A DNA stretch of 64,000 bases, from positions 1,984,001-2,048,000 of the forward strand of contig NC_043022.1 in the NCBI RefSeq assembly GCF_006345805.1, given 5' to 3'. Source of the stretch: Octopus sinensis. Taxonomy: Eukaryota. The notes under the pieces are model-generated. The model was not told where the DNA came from. It saw nothing but the letters and a program-made list of their open reading frames with translations, and made no database searches. Both the position numbers and the translations under genes were made by a program. Below, piece by piece: positions 52,601 to 64,000 of this stretch (positions are counted from its first letter, which is position 1; each line of letters begins with the position of its first letter).

Positions 52601-52985
52601 GAGAACACATAGAGAGAGAGAAGAGACATATAGAGAGAACACATAGAGAGAGAGACACATAGAGAGAGAGAAGATACTAGAGAGAGAGAACACATATAGA
52701 GAGAGAACACATAGAGAGATAGAGAGACATAGTATAAGAGAACACATAGAGAGAGAGAACACATAGAGAGAGAGAGAGACATAGAGAGAGAGAGAGCACA
52801 TAGAGAGAGAGAGACACACACATAGAGAGAGAGAGAGAGAGGGAACACATAGAGAGAGACACACACACATAGAGAGAGAGAGAGAGAACACAGAGAAAGA
52901 GAGAGAGACATAGAGAGAGAGAGAACACATAGAGAGAGAGAGAGAGACACACATAGAGACCCAGAGAGAGAGAGAGAGAGTGATG
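49625..52985. repeat. 3.3 kb degenerate (AG)n-AACACAT minisatellite with a ~705 bp internal duplication
   Basis: Rare variants recur about 705 bp apart (ACCTAG ~51233/51938; GACCATAG ~51110/51815). Confidence 0.92.
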
Positions 52986-53369
52986 GTGGAGCATAGTGAA
53001 GAGAAAAAGAGTGAGGCAGTGATGAAAGTAGGGTGGTCCATGCAAAGCAAGAGATGTATAGAGATAAAAGCAGCAAAGGTGGAGAGAGCAGACAGGAAAG
53101 GAAACTACAGAGGAAGAGATACAAAGAGGGTGAGAGGGATGTCTCTGCATGTGTGTGTGTGTGTGTGTATGCATTCACACACACACACACACAACATACA
53201 AATGCATACATGTGTGTGTGTGAGCAGCTGTGTTTGTGTGTGTGTGTGTGTGCTGTATTGTCCTGTAAGTTAGGTTTGTTTTTTTTAATTATAATTCAAT
53301 CTTAGACCTAACTCATGGGATAACCTCCTTTCAGTGCTTGTGGGAATGTGTTAGTATTTGTGTGTGTGT

Positions 53370-53694
53370 AAGGGAGAGAGAAAGAGAGAAGGAAGAGAGG
53401 AGGGAGGGAGATGGGGGGGAGAGAGGGGGAGAGAAAGAGAGGAGGAAGAGTGAAGGAGGGAGAGAGGGGGAGAGAAAGAGAGAAGGAGGGAGAGGGGAGA
53501 AAGAGAGGAAGAGAGGAGGGAGAGAGAGGGAGGAGAGAGAGGGGGAGAGAAAGAGAGAGGAAAAAGAGAGGGGAAAGAGATAAGGAAAAAGAGGGAGGGA
53601 GAGAGGGGAAAAGAGAGGGAAGGAAAGAGAGAGGGAAGGAGGGAAAAAGGGGGAAAGAGAGGGAGAGAGAGAAAGAGGGAAAGAGAATGAAAAA

Positions 53695-53725
<31 letters not shown>

Positions 53726-53770
53726 AGAGGAAGGGAGAGAGTGATGGCAGCAAGGGGAGAAAGAGAGTTG
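53370..53770. repeat. Polypurine (GA/GGA) tract
   Basis: Almost purine-only on the plus strand. Confidence 0.9.
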
Positions 53771-54124
53771 GAAAAATAAGACAGGGAGCTACACAAAAAA
53801 AAAATGAAAAAAATCCCAACCCCTCAAAGGAAAATGAAAAAGCGGAGATGCAGGAGAATGACCACAAGATGAGCACGTTAGGGGTCAGAAGAAGGTTCTC
53901 ACAAAAGTAACAGCATGAGTGATAGGAAATGTGATTGCAGCAGGGGTGCTCCTCATATCAGTGAGCCCCTCATATCAGGTGTGGTTTACAAGGTGAAGGT
54001 AACAAAAAAAAAAAAAATAAAGCTAATCAGAACATCCTGTCTCTAGGATCCCCCCAGTGTTGTGGCTCACTTCATTGACATCCTGCCCCCTTCTACACTT
54101 TCGAAATAGTTGACCCCTTGAGTC

Positions 54125-54487
54125 CTTACTCTTTGCTCTTTTATTTGTTTCAGCCATTTGACTGCAGCCAGGCTGGAGCACTGCCTTTAGTTGAGTAAAT
54201 GAACCCCAGGACTTATTCTTTGTAAGCCTAGTACTTATTCTATTGGTCTCTATTGCTAAACCGCTAAGTTACAGGGACGTAAACACACCATCATTGTTTG
54301 TCAAACGATGTTGGGGGTGGGGGGGACAGACACAGACACACACACATATATGTATGTATACATATATACGACGGGCTTCTTTCAGTTTCCGTCAACCAAA
54401 TCCACTCACACAGCTTTGGTCGGCCCGAGGCTATAGTAGAAGACACTTACCCAAGGTGCCACGCAGTGGGACTGAACCCGGAACCTT
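54125..54487 (-). mobile_element. Family A SINE
   Basis: Tail variant CCAGGCTGGAGCACTGCC shared with the 55598 copy. Confidence 0.85.
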
Positions 54488-54832
54488 GAGAATAGGCTTT
54501 ACTTTGATATGATTTAAACCATGTTCAAACGTTTAAATCCTGCATAAGCATATCAAACAAAATATTTGTGTTGTTTAGTTTCAGTTTTTTCAACTCGTTA
54601 GCATTCAGATTACTCTGTCAAAACTAATGCTCATTTATTCATATTGTTTTGAATTAATCAGGAATTATCTCATGGTTCCAAAATTTCAATAATGTGATTG
54701 TTTACTTATTTTATAAAATAACAACGAGTTTTAGGTGTGAGAGGCAGATCTGGCCAGTTGGAAAACAGACAGGTAGAATATTTGGGCCAGATACGAGGTC
54801 AGATCAATAAGTATCCGGACTGTTGCCATAGT

Positions 54833-55214
54833 GGAAGCACTCCATCGGTTACAACGATGAGGGCTCCGGTTGATCCGAATCAACGGAACAGCCTGCTCGT
54901 GAAATTAACGTGTAAGTGGCTGAGCACTCCACAAACACGTGTACCCTTAACGTAGTTCTCGGGGATATTCAGCGTGACACAGAGAGTGACAAGGCCGGCC
55001 CTTTGAAATACAGGTACAACAGAAACAGGAAGTAAGAGTGAGAGAAAGTTGTGGTGAAAGAGTACAGCAAGGATCACCACCATCCCCTGCCAAAGCCTCG
55101 TGGAGCTTTAGGTGTTTTCGCTCAATAAACACTCACAACACCCGGTCTGGGAATCGAAACCGCGATCCTACGACCGCGAGTCCGCTGCCCTAACCACTGG
55201 GCCATTGCGCCTCC
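54833..55214 (-). mobile_element. Family C SINE inserted next to the mariner TIR
   Basis: 13 bp TSD CTGTTGCCATAGT (54820-54832, 55214-55226). Confidence 0.94.
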
Positions 55215-55597
55215 TGTTGCCATAGTAATGAAGCCAAAGCACGTAGAGTGAAGCTGCTTGACACAGATTGACTATGACAGAAAAAGTTGTCATGGCGATA
55301 CCTGCTCAGAGGCCCATGGAAAGTTTCAGAAAGTTTAGTTGTTGTTGCTAAGTAACAAGACGGGTAAGGGTGATTAGGTGATGGTCTAGGGCTTAGGAGC
55401 GGGAGACCCCAGACCTTGGAAAAAAAACAAACAAACTTTGGTCGTCTTGTTGTAGTTGAGGGCTCTTTGTTGACGCCCGACACCACTAATCAGAACATCC
55501 TGTCTCTAGAATCTCCCCAGTGTTTGGGGCTCACTTCATTGACATCCTGCTCCCTCCCACACTTTCGAAACAGTTGACCCCTTGAACCCTTGAGTCC

Positions 55598-55838
55598 TTA
55601 CTCTTTACTCTTTTACTTGTTTCAGTCATTTGACCACAGCCAGGCTGGAGCACTGCCTTTAGTTGAGCAAATGAAGCCTAGTATTTATTCTATCGATCTC
55701 TTTTGCTGAACCGCTAAGTTACAGGGACGTAAACACACCGGCATTGGTTGTCAAGAATTGTGTATATATATATATATATATATGATGGTCTTCTTTCAGT
55801 TTCCGTCTACCAAATCCACTCACACGGCTTTGGTCGGC
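55598..55838 (-). mobile_element. Family A SINE, 5'-truncated
   Basis: Shares 3' flank and tail variants with the 54125 copy. Confidence 0.8.
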
Positions 55839-56661
55839 TAATCATATATACAAAGTTGCTAGAAATGGAGATTTCTAGGTCCAAATTCTTGAACAGCGCA
55901 GAAAGTGTATGGTGAGGAGTGAATGAGCTGCACACAAGTGTACGAGTGATTCAGATGTTTCTAAGATGACCGAAAAATGTCAGTAGTGACGAACATTCTG
56001 GGAGACCCTCAAGCAGCAGAACTGAAGAAAACATTGCATACGTACATCCGTGTGTTGTCAGAGGATGTGCAGATTAGTTACGGTTCAGTTAAGTCCATTA
56101 TCACTGAAGATTTGGGTATGAGATGTGTGTCTGCCAATTTTGCGGCAAAATTGTTTTCTGTTGACCATAAATAGCATTGCGCTTCAATTGCACGTCTCCT
56201 TGATTTGTCGAGAACAATGAAAACTTTATGAAAACTTTGCTGAGGCCTCTGAACAGGGATCACCAAACTTTTGGCAAAATTTCATGCAGACTCCTTGCTC
56301 AACTTTCTCTGTCATAGTCAGTGCGGCAATCACACACTACACACGTTCCTTCCTATATGAATAATCACATCATTGAAATTTCAGAGCAACAAGATGATGC
56401 AGGATTAATTCAAAACAGTGTGAATAAATTAGCATTACATTTGCCAGAATAACCTGAATGCTAAAGAGTTAATTGAACCATATCCAGCCCAAACAGTGTC
56501 CCTCTTTTGTGTTCAGATCAGCAAGATCCAGCTTCTCACACTTGCCTTAGAATTTCAGTCTAAAACTAAACAATCACAACATTGAAATCCCATGAAATCA
56601 AGGCAATGCTTGATTAATTTCGAAACAATATGAATAAATAAGCTTTAGATTTGACAGAGTA

Positions 56662-57131
56662 CCATAAATCCTTGAGTATAATCCGCATTTTTTCCCCCAA
56701 AATTTAAAGGTCAAAATCCCTAGTGCGTATTATACACGAGGTTAAAAATGAAAATTATTTTCTAAGCAATGTCCGAGTATCTATTTGCTGTCCAGCAATG
56801 TTTATTCAGACACATTTTGTTACTGTTATTTCTTTATTTTCTGCCAACAAAATGCACAAAAAAGCTACACGTTTGCATTATGTTTTATATACAATAATAA
56901 TAAAGGACATTACCGTATACATTTTTACAAACCAAGGACGTTATATAGACCTCCTTGAGTCAAGTTAGAGAAGGGGTGCGTATTATACACAAGGTTTCGC
57001 TTTTTCAGAGGTACAGCCCCCTAAAAATCCCCTGCGTATTATACACAAGGTTTCGGTTTTTCAGAGGTACAGCCCCCTAAAAATCTCCTGTGCATTATAC
57101 TCAAGGGCTGACTATACTCGAGGATTTATAG
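56662..57131. mobile_element. Tc2/pogo-like non-autonomous TIR element inserted at TA inside a TTAA MITE
   Basis: CCATAAATCCTTGAGTATA...TATACTCGAGGATTTATAG TIRs; flanks rejoin as GATTTGACAGAG-TA-ATCCGAATGCTAGAGGGTTAA; ~57 bp internal duplication. Confidence 0.75.
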
Positions 57132-57655
57132 CAATCCGAATGCTAGAGGGTTAAGGGAGCTTTAATCCAGACTTGCTATTGCTGACCTTGTTGTTGTTTT
57201 CATGGTAGTTGTTGCGGAACATAACCAAACTGTTGTTGCTTCTGTAGTTGTTGTTGTTGTTACTGTGGTGGTGGTGGTGGTGATGGTGTGGGTTAAAACA
57301 TTAGAACAGGGCTACAGAGTAAAACGAGTGACATACAGACAAATTACAGGAAAAGCCTCATTTGCAACCCCTGTCATGCCCCCCCCCCCCATCGACCCTC
57401 CGACCCCACTATTTGACCCCCATTATTCAACACTGGTGGCAGCTTCCTTTCAGGAACATCAAAATCAACCATTCTACTTTTGATATTTTAAATCTCCCTT
57501 CCTCTGCTCACTCTACACTCCGCTTCACGGGACCCATCATGCTCTAACAATTTTCTCCAAAATAAGAATAAAAATAATATTAATAATAATAATAATAATG
57601 ATAACAACAACAACAACAACAACAATAATGATAATAATAATAATAATAATAATAA

Positions 57656-58241
57656 TCCTTCCTACTGGAAGCACAAGGCTTCAAATTTAGGGGAAGGGAT
57701 TAAATCGATTACATCGACTCCAGTATGTAACTGGTACTTATTTAATCAACTGCCCCCAAAGGATGAAAGGCAAAGTCGACCCTAGCAGAATTTGAACTCA
57801 GAATATAGTGGCTGACAAAATACCTATTTCTTTATTACCCACAAGGGGCTAAACACAGAGAGGGCAAACAAGGACAGACAAAGGGATTATGTCGATCATA
57901 TCGACCCCACTGTGTAACAGGTACTTATTTAATCGACCCCAAAAGGATGAAAGGCAAAGTCGACCTCGATGGAATTTGAACTCAGAACGTAATGACAGAC
58001 GAAATACCTATTTCTTTACTACCCACAAGGAGCTAAACACAGAGGGGACAAACAAGGACAGACACACGGATTAAGTCGATTATATTGACCCCAGTGCGTA
58101 ACTGGGACTTATTCAATCGACCCCGAAAGGATGAAATGCAAAGTCGACCTCGGCGGAATTTGAACTCAGAACGTAGTGGCTGACGAAATACTGCTAAGCA
58201 TTTCACCCAGCATGCTAATGATTCTGCCAGCTTGCTGCCTT
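57656..58241 (-). mobile_element. Family B SINE trimer (units 57656-57824, 57825-58008, 58009-58241)
   Basis: Junctions AAATACC|TATTTCTTTA at 57824 and 58008. Confidence 0.85.
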
Positions 58242-58494
58242 AAATAATAATAATAATTAACTGGTACATCACACGCATTGAGAAGAGCATTGTTGATGTG
58301 AGAATTATTACTACCCATGTATTTTAATTTAACTTAACAAAAAAAAAATGAACGAACTATTGAGTTTAGTTTAATGGCCTACCAATGTATACTATAAGTT
58401 TCTTTGCCCTAGGAGTCGGGAAGACATTCGGCAAGAAATGGAAGCAAATTTGAAAGAAGACAAAAAAAGTAATAATAATAATAATAATAATAAT

Positions 58495-59335
58495 GATTCT
58501 TTCTACTAAAAGGTACAATGTCTGAAATTTTGGGGGACAGAGCTAGTTGATTAGATCAACCCCAGTACGTAATTGGTACTTAATTTATCGACCCCAAAAG
58601 GATGAACGGCAATATAATAATAAGAATCGTTAGTATGCTAGATGAAATGTCTCAGGGTATTTTGCTCATTGCTATGTTCTGAGTTCAAATTCCATTGAGG
58701 TCAACTTTGCCTTTCATCCTTTTTTTTTGGGGGGGGGGTAAAATAAGTACCAGTTGAACACTGGGGTTGATGTAATCAACTAGTCGCCGCCCCACAAATT
58801 TCAGGCCTTGTGCCTATAGTAGAAAGGATTATTTATTATTATTATTATTATTATTATCATTATTATTATTATTATTATTATCATTATTATCATTATTATT
58901 ATTATTATAATTAATTATAATTATTATTATTATTAATTATTATTATTAATCACATAAAATCAAAAGGTGGCACACTGCCAGAATCGTTAGCTCATTGAAA
59001 AAAATGCTTAGCAGTGTTTGTTTTGCCTCTTTATGTTTTGAGTTCAAATGCTACTGAGGTCAGCTTTGCCTTTCATCCCTTATGGGAAATAAGTACAAGT
59101 CAAGTTCTGGGGTCAATGTAATAATAATTGAAGGTGGTGCGCTGGCAGAGACATCAGTACACCGAGTGAAATGCTTTGCAGTATTTTGTCTGTCCTTATG
59201 TTCTGAGTTCAAATTCCGCCATGGTCGACTTTGCCTTTCATCCTTCCGGGGTTTGATAAATTAAGTACCAGTTGCATACTGAGGTCAATCTAATTGACTG
59301 GCCCCCTCCTCCAAAATTTTGGGCCTTGTGTATGG
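58495..59335. mobile_element. Cluster of four partial family B SINEs around an (ATT)n tract
   Basis: GAGTTCAAAT...CTTTGCCTTTCATCC core three times on plus, once on minus. Confidence 0.75.
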
Positions 59336-59351
59336 CTTTCTGCCAAAGTTT

Positions 59352-59765
59352 GGGTGCAGGAGTGACTGTGTGGTAACTAGTTTGCTTACCAACCACATGG
59401 TTCCAGGTTTATTCCCACTATGTGGCACCTTAGGCAAGTGTTTTCTACTATAGCCTCAGACCGCCCAAAGCCTTGTGAGTAGATTTGGTAGATGGAAACT
59501 GAAAGAAGCCTGTCGCATATATGTATATATATATGTATGTGTGTATATATGTTTGTGTGTCTGTGTTTGTCCTCCCAACATCACTTGACAACCGATGGTG
59601 GTGTGTTTATGTCCTCATGACTTAGCAGTTTGGCCTAAGAGACTGAGAGAATAAGTACTTGGCTTACAAAGAATGAGTCCTGGGGTCGATTTGTTCGACT
59701 AAAGGCGGTGCTCCAGCATGGCTACAGTCAAATGACTGAAACAAGTAAAAAAGAGAAAAGAGAAA
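59352..59765 (+). mobile_element. Family A SINE, full length
   Basis: GGGTGCAGGAGTGACTGTGTGGTAAC head to GAAACAAGTAAAA tail. Confidence 0.88.
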
Positions 59766-59959
59766 AGAAACAGAGAGTGGCAAATAATGTAATCGCAATT
59801 GACTATCCCACTGACCCCTAAAATCACTGGCCATGTACCAAAATTTGTAACCATTACCATCATTAATAACTACTGTAACTTACCTCACCACCCACCCACC
59901 CATACTAAAGAAGGCAGCTTCCATGTGATCACTTTTATACAATTCCTAATAATCAAAAT

Positions 59960-60570
59960 TGAACTAATCCTATGACTGGCACCCGGCAGATGCCAGGACC
60001 CCTGGACTGGAGATACGTAAAAAGCACCATCCAAATCGTGGCCTAAGCCAGTGCCACCTCGACTGGCTTCCGTGCAGGTGGCATGTAAAATGCACCAATC
60101 CGACCGTGGCCGATGCCAGCCTCGCCTGGCACCATGCAGGTGGCACGTAAAAAGCACCCACTACACTCATGGAGTGGTTGGCGTTAGGAAGGGCATCCAG
60201 CTGTAAAAACATTGCCAAATAGACTGGAGCCTGGTGCAGCCTTCTGGCTTCCAGATCCCGGTCAACCGTCCAACCCATGCTAGCATGGAGAACGAACGTT
60301 AAACAATGATGATGATGATGATGATGATGATATTCTTTCCCATTTTCTTTTTATTCGTTTCAGTCATTTGACTGCGGCCATGCTGGAGCACCACCTTTAG
60401 TTGAACAAATTGACTCCAGGAGTCTTTGTAAGCCAGCCTAGTACTTACTCTATCGGTTTCTTTTGCCCAACCACTAAGCTACAGGGGACATAAACACACC
60501 AACATCAGTTGCCAAGCGATGGTGGAAGGGGGAACAAACACAGATACACAAACATACATATATATTTAAA
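59960..60570. mobile_element. Family E element (59960-60330 +) and family A 3' half (60350-60570 -)
   Basis: GGTGGCACGTAAAAAGCACC modules; CAGTCATTTGACTGCGGCCATGCTGGAGCACC. Confidence 0.8.
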
Positions 60571-60678
60571 TATATGAGCCACGGTTTATATGGTTACCTT
60601 ACAGTTGAACTTTCTATAGATTGGTAAATAACCAGTATTTTAATTGGATTTATGATCCCTTAATGAGGTTTATTTCCT

Positions 60679-61538
60679 ACGAAATACGCACAGATCATGA
60701 TTGGCTAAAGCTAAGTGAATTGTTCAACCTCGCTACGACTACCTTCATTCTTGCACTTATCTTTATTCTTTCACTATTCTTCAATTTCCATCTCATTGTA
60801 TTGTTCCTATTCTTTCAGTATTCCCTCATTACCCTGTCTAGCTCAACATTTTTTTTTCGTTTAGTCTTGCCACTCTGATTTTTCAAACCTTTGCTAGCTC
60901 CGATTTTACAGACCTTACTAAGCCACGATGTTATAGTAGTTATCAATAATGATTATTATTCCCTCTGATTTTTCTGATTTTCAAACTATTTATCGATAAT
61001 GTTGATTTTCAAACCTATTTATCAATGTGTATTATCGACAATGCCGTCCCTAGTCAAATTTCCTCACACCGCTTTATCACTACGTGTTCCTTGACCTCTC
61101 TCTCTAACTAACCCTATCTCTCTCCCTGTTTCTCTATGTCCCCCTCTTCCCATAACCATCATCGCCATATCTCTCTCCCTAGGTCCTCTCATGCCCCCCC
61201 CCTTTCCATAACCATCATCGCCATATATAAAGAGCGATCGCATTATCGTTAACCCCCACTCGCTTCAAAATATCTAAAGACGAATACCACAAGATCATGA
61301 CTGGCTAAAGCTAAGTGAATTGTTTCAACCTCGCTACGACTACCTTCATTCTTGCACTTATCTTTATTCTTTCAACTATTCTTCAATTCCATCTCATTGT
61401 ATTGTTCCTCATTCTTTCAGTATTCTTCCCTCATTACCCCTGTCTAGCTCAAACATTTTTTTTTTCGTTTAGTCTTGCCACTCTGATTTTTCAAACCCAT
61501 TTGCTAGCTCCGATCTTACAGAACCTTACTAACCTACG
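60679..61538. repeat. Pair of ~250 bp direct repeats (60679-60927, 61280-61538) with ~350 bp between; origin unknown
   Basis: AGATCATGA(T/C)TGGCTAAAGCTAAGTGAATTG...CCTTACTAA in both. Confidence 0.85.
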
Positions 61539-61789
61539 GTGCACCCGCCCTCCCACCCCCACCACACATGCCGGAAGTTCCTATTCTTGCCATTCCGGGG
61601 TTGCTTCCATGAAGACTGCAAATGCTCTCTCACCATCCCTACCCCTCCCTACCCCTAGTCTCGACCTATGTAAGGTAATGTTCATACAGTGCAAAATATG
61701 AAAGGCTAGTGTTATGCAGGTTGTACTGAAGGCTACTTTACTACTTCATTTCTTGCACATGAATTCTGCCAATGCAGCTTCTTTTCAGG

Positions 61790-64000
61790 TACACGAAGCT
61801 ACTGTCCACCGTCCCAGGGTCTCTAGAGCCCATGCCTCCCACACCCTCACGTTTGGCACTCTGAAAGGTAGGTCTGGTGAGATAGTCGAGATGCTTGAAC
61901 GGAGATGTGTGGATATATGTTGCATGCAAGAAATAAGGTGGAGGGAGGATCAGCTAGGTTCCTCACAGCAAGGAACGCAGGTACAAGATTTTTCTGGGCA
62001 GGGAACACTGACGGGTTTGTGGCGTGGGTATACTTATCGCTGAGAAATGGGTAGATAAAGTAATTGAGGTATCAGAGTATGTGACAGAATACTTAAGATT
62101 AGATTAGTGCTTCATCATAGTTTAGCAACCATTATATCAGCCTATGCTCCTCAGTCGGGGCTACCCGATGGACAGAAAGACCGATTCTATGACACTACTG
62201 CAGACTACCTCGTCAACGAACGACAGAGACCTTATCTTTGTGGCTGGTGACTTCAATGGTCACGTTGGACGACATGCTGGGGGCTTCCATGGCGTACATG
62301 GAGGCTATGGCTATGGCTCCTGAAACAAGGAGGGAACCAGGCTGCTGGAGTTCTGCGATGCAAATAATCTTATGATTTGCAACACTAACTTCAGGAAACC
62401 TACCAGCCACCTAGTCACTTACCGATCGGGCCCAACATACCAGCCAAATTGACACATCCTTGCAAGGCAAAGGGAGAGTTTGGCTGCTTATAAATGCCAA
62501 AACCTTCCCAGGTGAAGAATGTACCCCACACATAGACTGGTAGTTAGTGACTTTAGGATCAGACTAGGAGACAACCATAAGACCACCAATATGGAGAAGA
62601 AGGATCTGGAAGCTTAAAGATCCTGCAAATGGACAGAGATTTAGAGACATATTACTTGAAGCCTCTGACGAAGTTGAAGGGGATAGAGCATCACAGGGGG
62701 TAGAAGACAGCTGGACGTTTCTAAGGGACAACCTGCTGAGAGCCACTGACCAGATCTGTGGCTGGTGCAAAGTCCCCTCTCGACCTAGAATAACGTGGTG
62801 TGGAACAATATTGTAGACAGGGCTATTAGAGAAAAGAGACAGGCTTGGAAGGTCTGGAAAAATGGGGGTAGCAGGGAATTGTATCAGACTGCCAAAAGAG
62901 AAGCTAGAGACAGGTTTATTTAGCCAGAGGGGAAGCAGATAAGAAAAAATTTGCCAATGTCTGCGCCGTGAGGACCAAAGACTGGAGTGTTTCGCGTTGC
63001 AAGACAGTGTGTGAGAGAGAATCGTGATGTGGTAGGAGAGAAGTGTGTTCGCATGGAAGATGGTTCACTTGCGCTAAATGAGGATGCAAAGAGAGGCTTG
63101 AGATGCCACTATGAAAGTTTGCTGAATAAAGAAATGAATGGGATAAAGAGTCTGCGAATGTTGACCCAACAGAGGGACCAGCTATCCTCCGAGTATAGTT
63201 CCGTGGTAGCTAAGGCAATTAGAAGCATGAAGACAGGAAAAGCCCCAGGCCCATCAGGAATCACTGCAGAGATGCTCAAAATTCTGGTAGTGTCGGCTAT
63301 AGCCTAGTCACCCTATAGTTTAATCAGGTGATCACAAAGGAGTCATACCCAATGACTGGTGTAGCAGCATAATAGTCAACTGCTACAAAGGTAAAGGTGA
63401 CGCCCTAGATACAAATAATTACAGAGGTATCAAGCTGTTGGATCAGGTGATGAAGGTTACAGAGAGGGTCATAGCCCAACTAATTAGAGAGAGAGTTAGT
63501 TTAGATAGAGATGCAGTTTGGGTGTTGTGTGCCAGGGAAAATACTACTGATGCCTATATTCCTGGTAAGGCAGCTGCAGGAGAAATACCTAGCTAAAGAT
63601 AGCCCCCTGTACCTGCTTTTGTTGACATGGAGAAAGCCTTCGACAGGGTGCCCCCCCGATCCCTTATCTGGTGGTCAATGAGGAAACTAGGGATAGATGA
63701 ATGGTTAGTGAGAGCTGTGCGGGCCATGTATAGGGACGCTGCTATTAGGGTGAGGGTTGGAAACGAGTACATTGAAGAATTCCGGGTAGAGGTAGGGGTC
63801 CACCAAGGCTCAGTACTCAGCCCCCTCCTATTTATCATAGTCCTCCAGGCAATACGGAGGAATTCAAGTCAGGATGCCCTTGGGAGCTCTTCTATGCTGA
63901 TGACCTTGCTCTATTTGCTGAGTCCTCTATCAGAACTGGAGGAGAGTTTCAGGTGTGGAAACAAGGATTAGAATCGAAGGGCCTCAAGAGTCAATCTAGC
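61790..64000 (+). mobile_element. RTE-clade LINE, APE plus RT ORF with many frameshifts, runs off the window
   Basis: GTLKGRSGEIVEMLERRCVDICCMQEIRW, VAGDFNGHVG, KAPGPSGITAEML, MEKAFDRVP, VGVHQGSVLSPLLF motifs. Confidence 0.94.

Larger units (their letters stand above)
54794..56345 (+). mobile_element. Rearranged Tc1/mariner relic: left TIR after TA, transposase fragment ~55977-56215
   Basis: TA|CGAGGTCAGATCAATAAGTATCCGGACTG terminus; ORF LSEDVQISYGSVKSIITEDLGMRCVSANFAAKL resembles the mariner HTH to K.VP linker; interrupted by SINEs. Confidence 0.68.

Noticed and set aside
49751-53211. Very long ORFs (up to 656 aa) rich in S/L/C/V/Y
   Set aside because: Translations of the (CT)n-ATGTGTT minisatellite in several overlapping frames; no domain signal

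Overview
Eukaryotic, AT-rich, repeat-saturated intronic or intergenic DNA. The SINE families and microsatellite load point to a coleoid cephalopod, probably Octopus (from recollection, not a database search). No host protein-coding gene, tRNA/rRNA gene or CRISPR array can be supported; almost all long ORFs in the track are microsatellite translations. Coding remnants are all transposon-derived: two decayed RTE LINEs (29.3-31.0 kb; 61.8 kb to window end), a CR1-clade 3' fragment (34.4-35.0 kb, minus), an RLE-endonuclease fragment (37.8-38.2 kb) and a mariner transposase fragment (56.0-56.2 kb). Six non-coding interspersed families recur (my labels A-F; A-D have tRNA-like heads), plus TTAA-bounded MITEs, a Tc2/pogo-like MITE, a foldback MITE and a non-autonomous Helitron. 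The most notable pattern is conversion of mobile elements into tandem arrays: a TSD-bounded SINE whose 3' 99 bp is amplified about 27 times with higher-order structure, a 4x26=104 bp higher-order array, a MITE+spacer array, and Helitron internal repeats. A nested inverted repeat lies at 43.15-44.0 kb. I see no clear evidence of a new enzymatic system. Boundaries are read by eye and approximate to a few bases.
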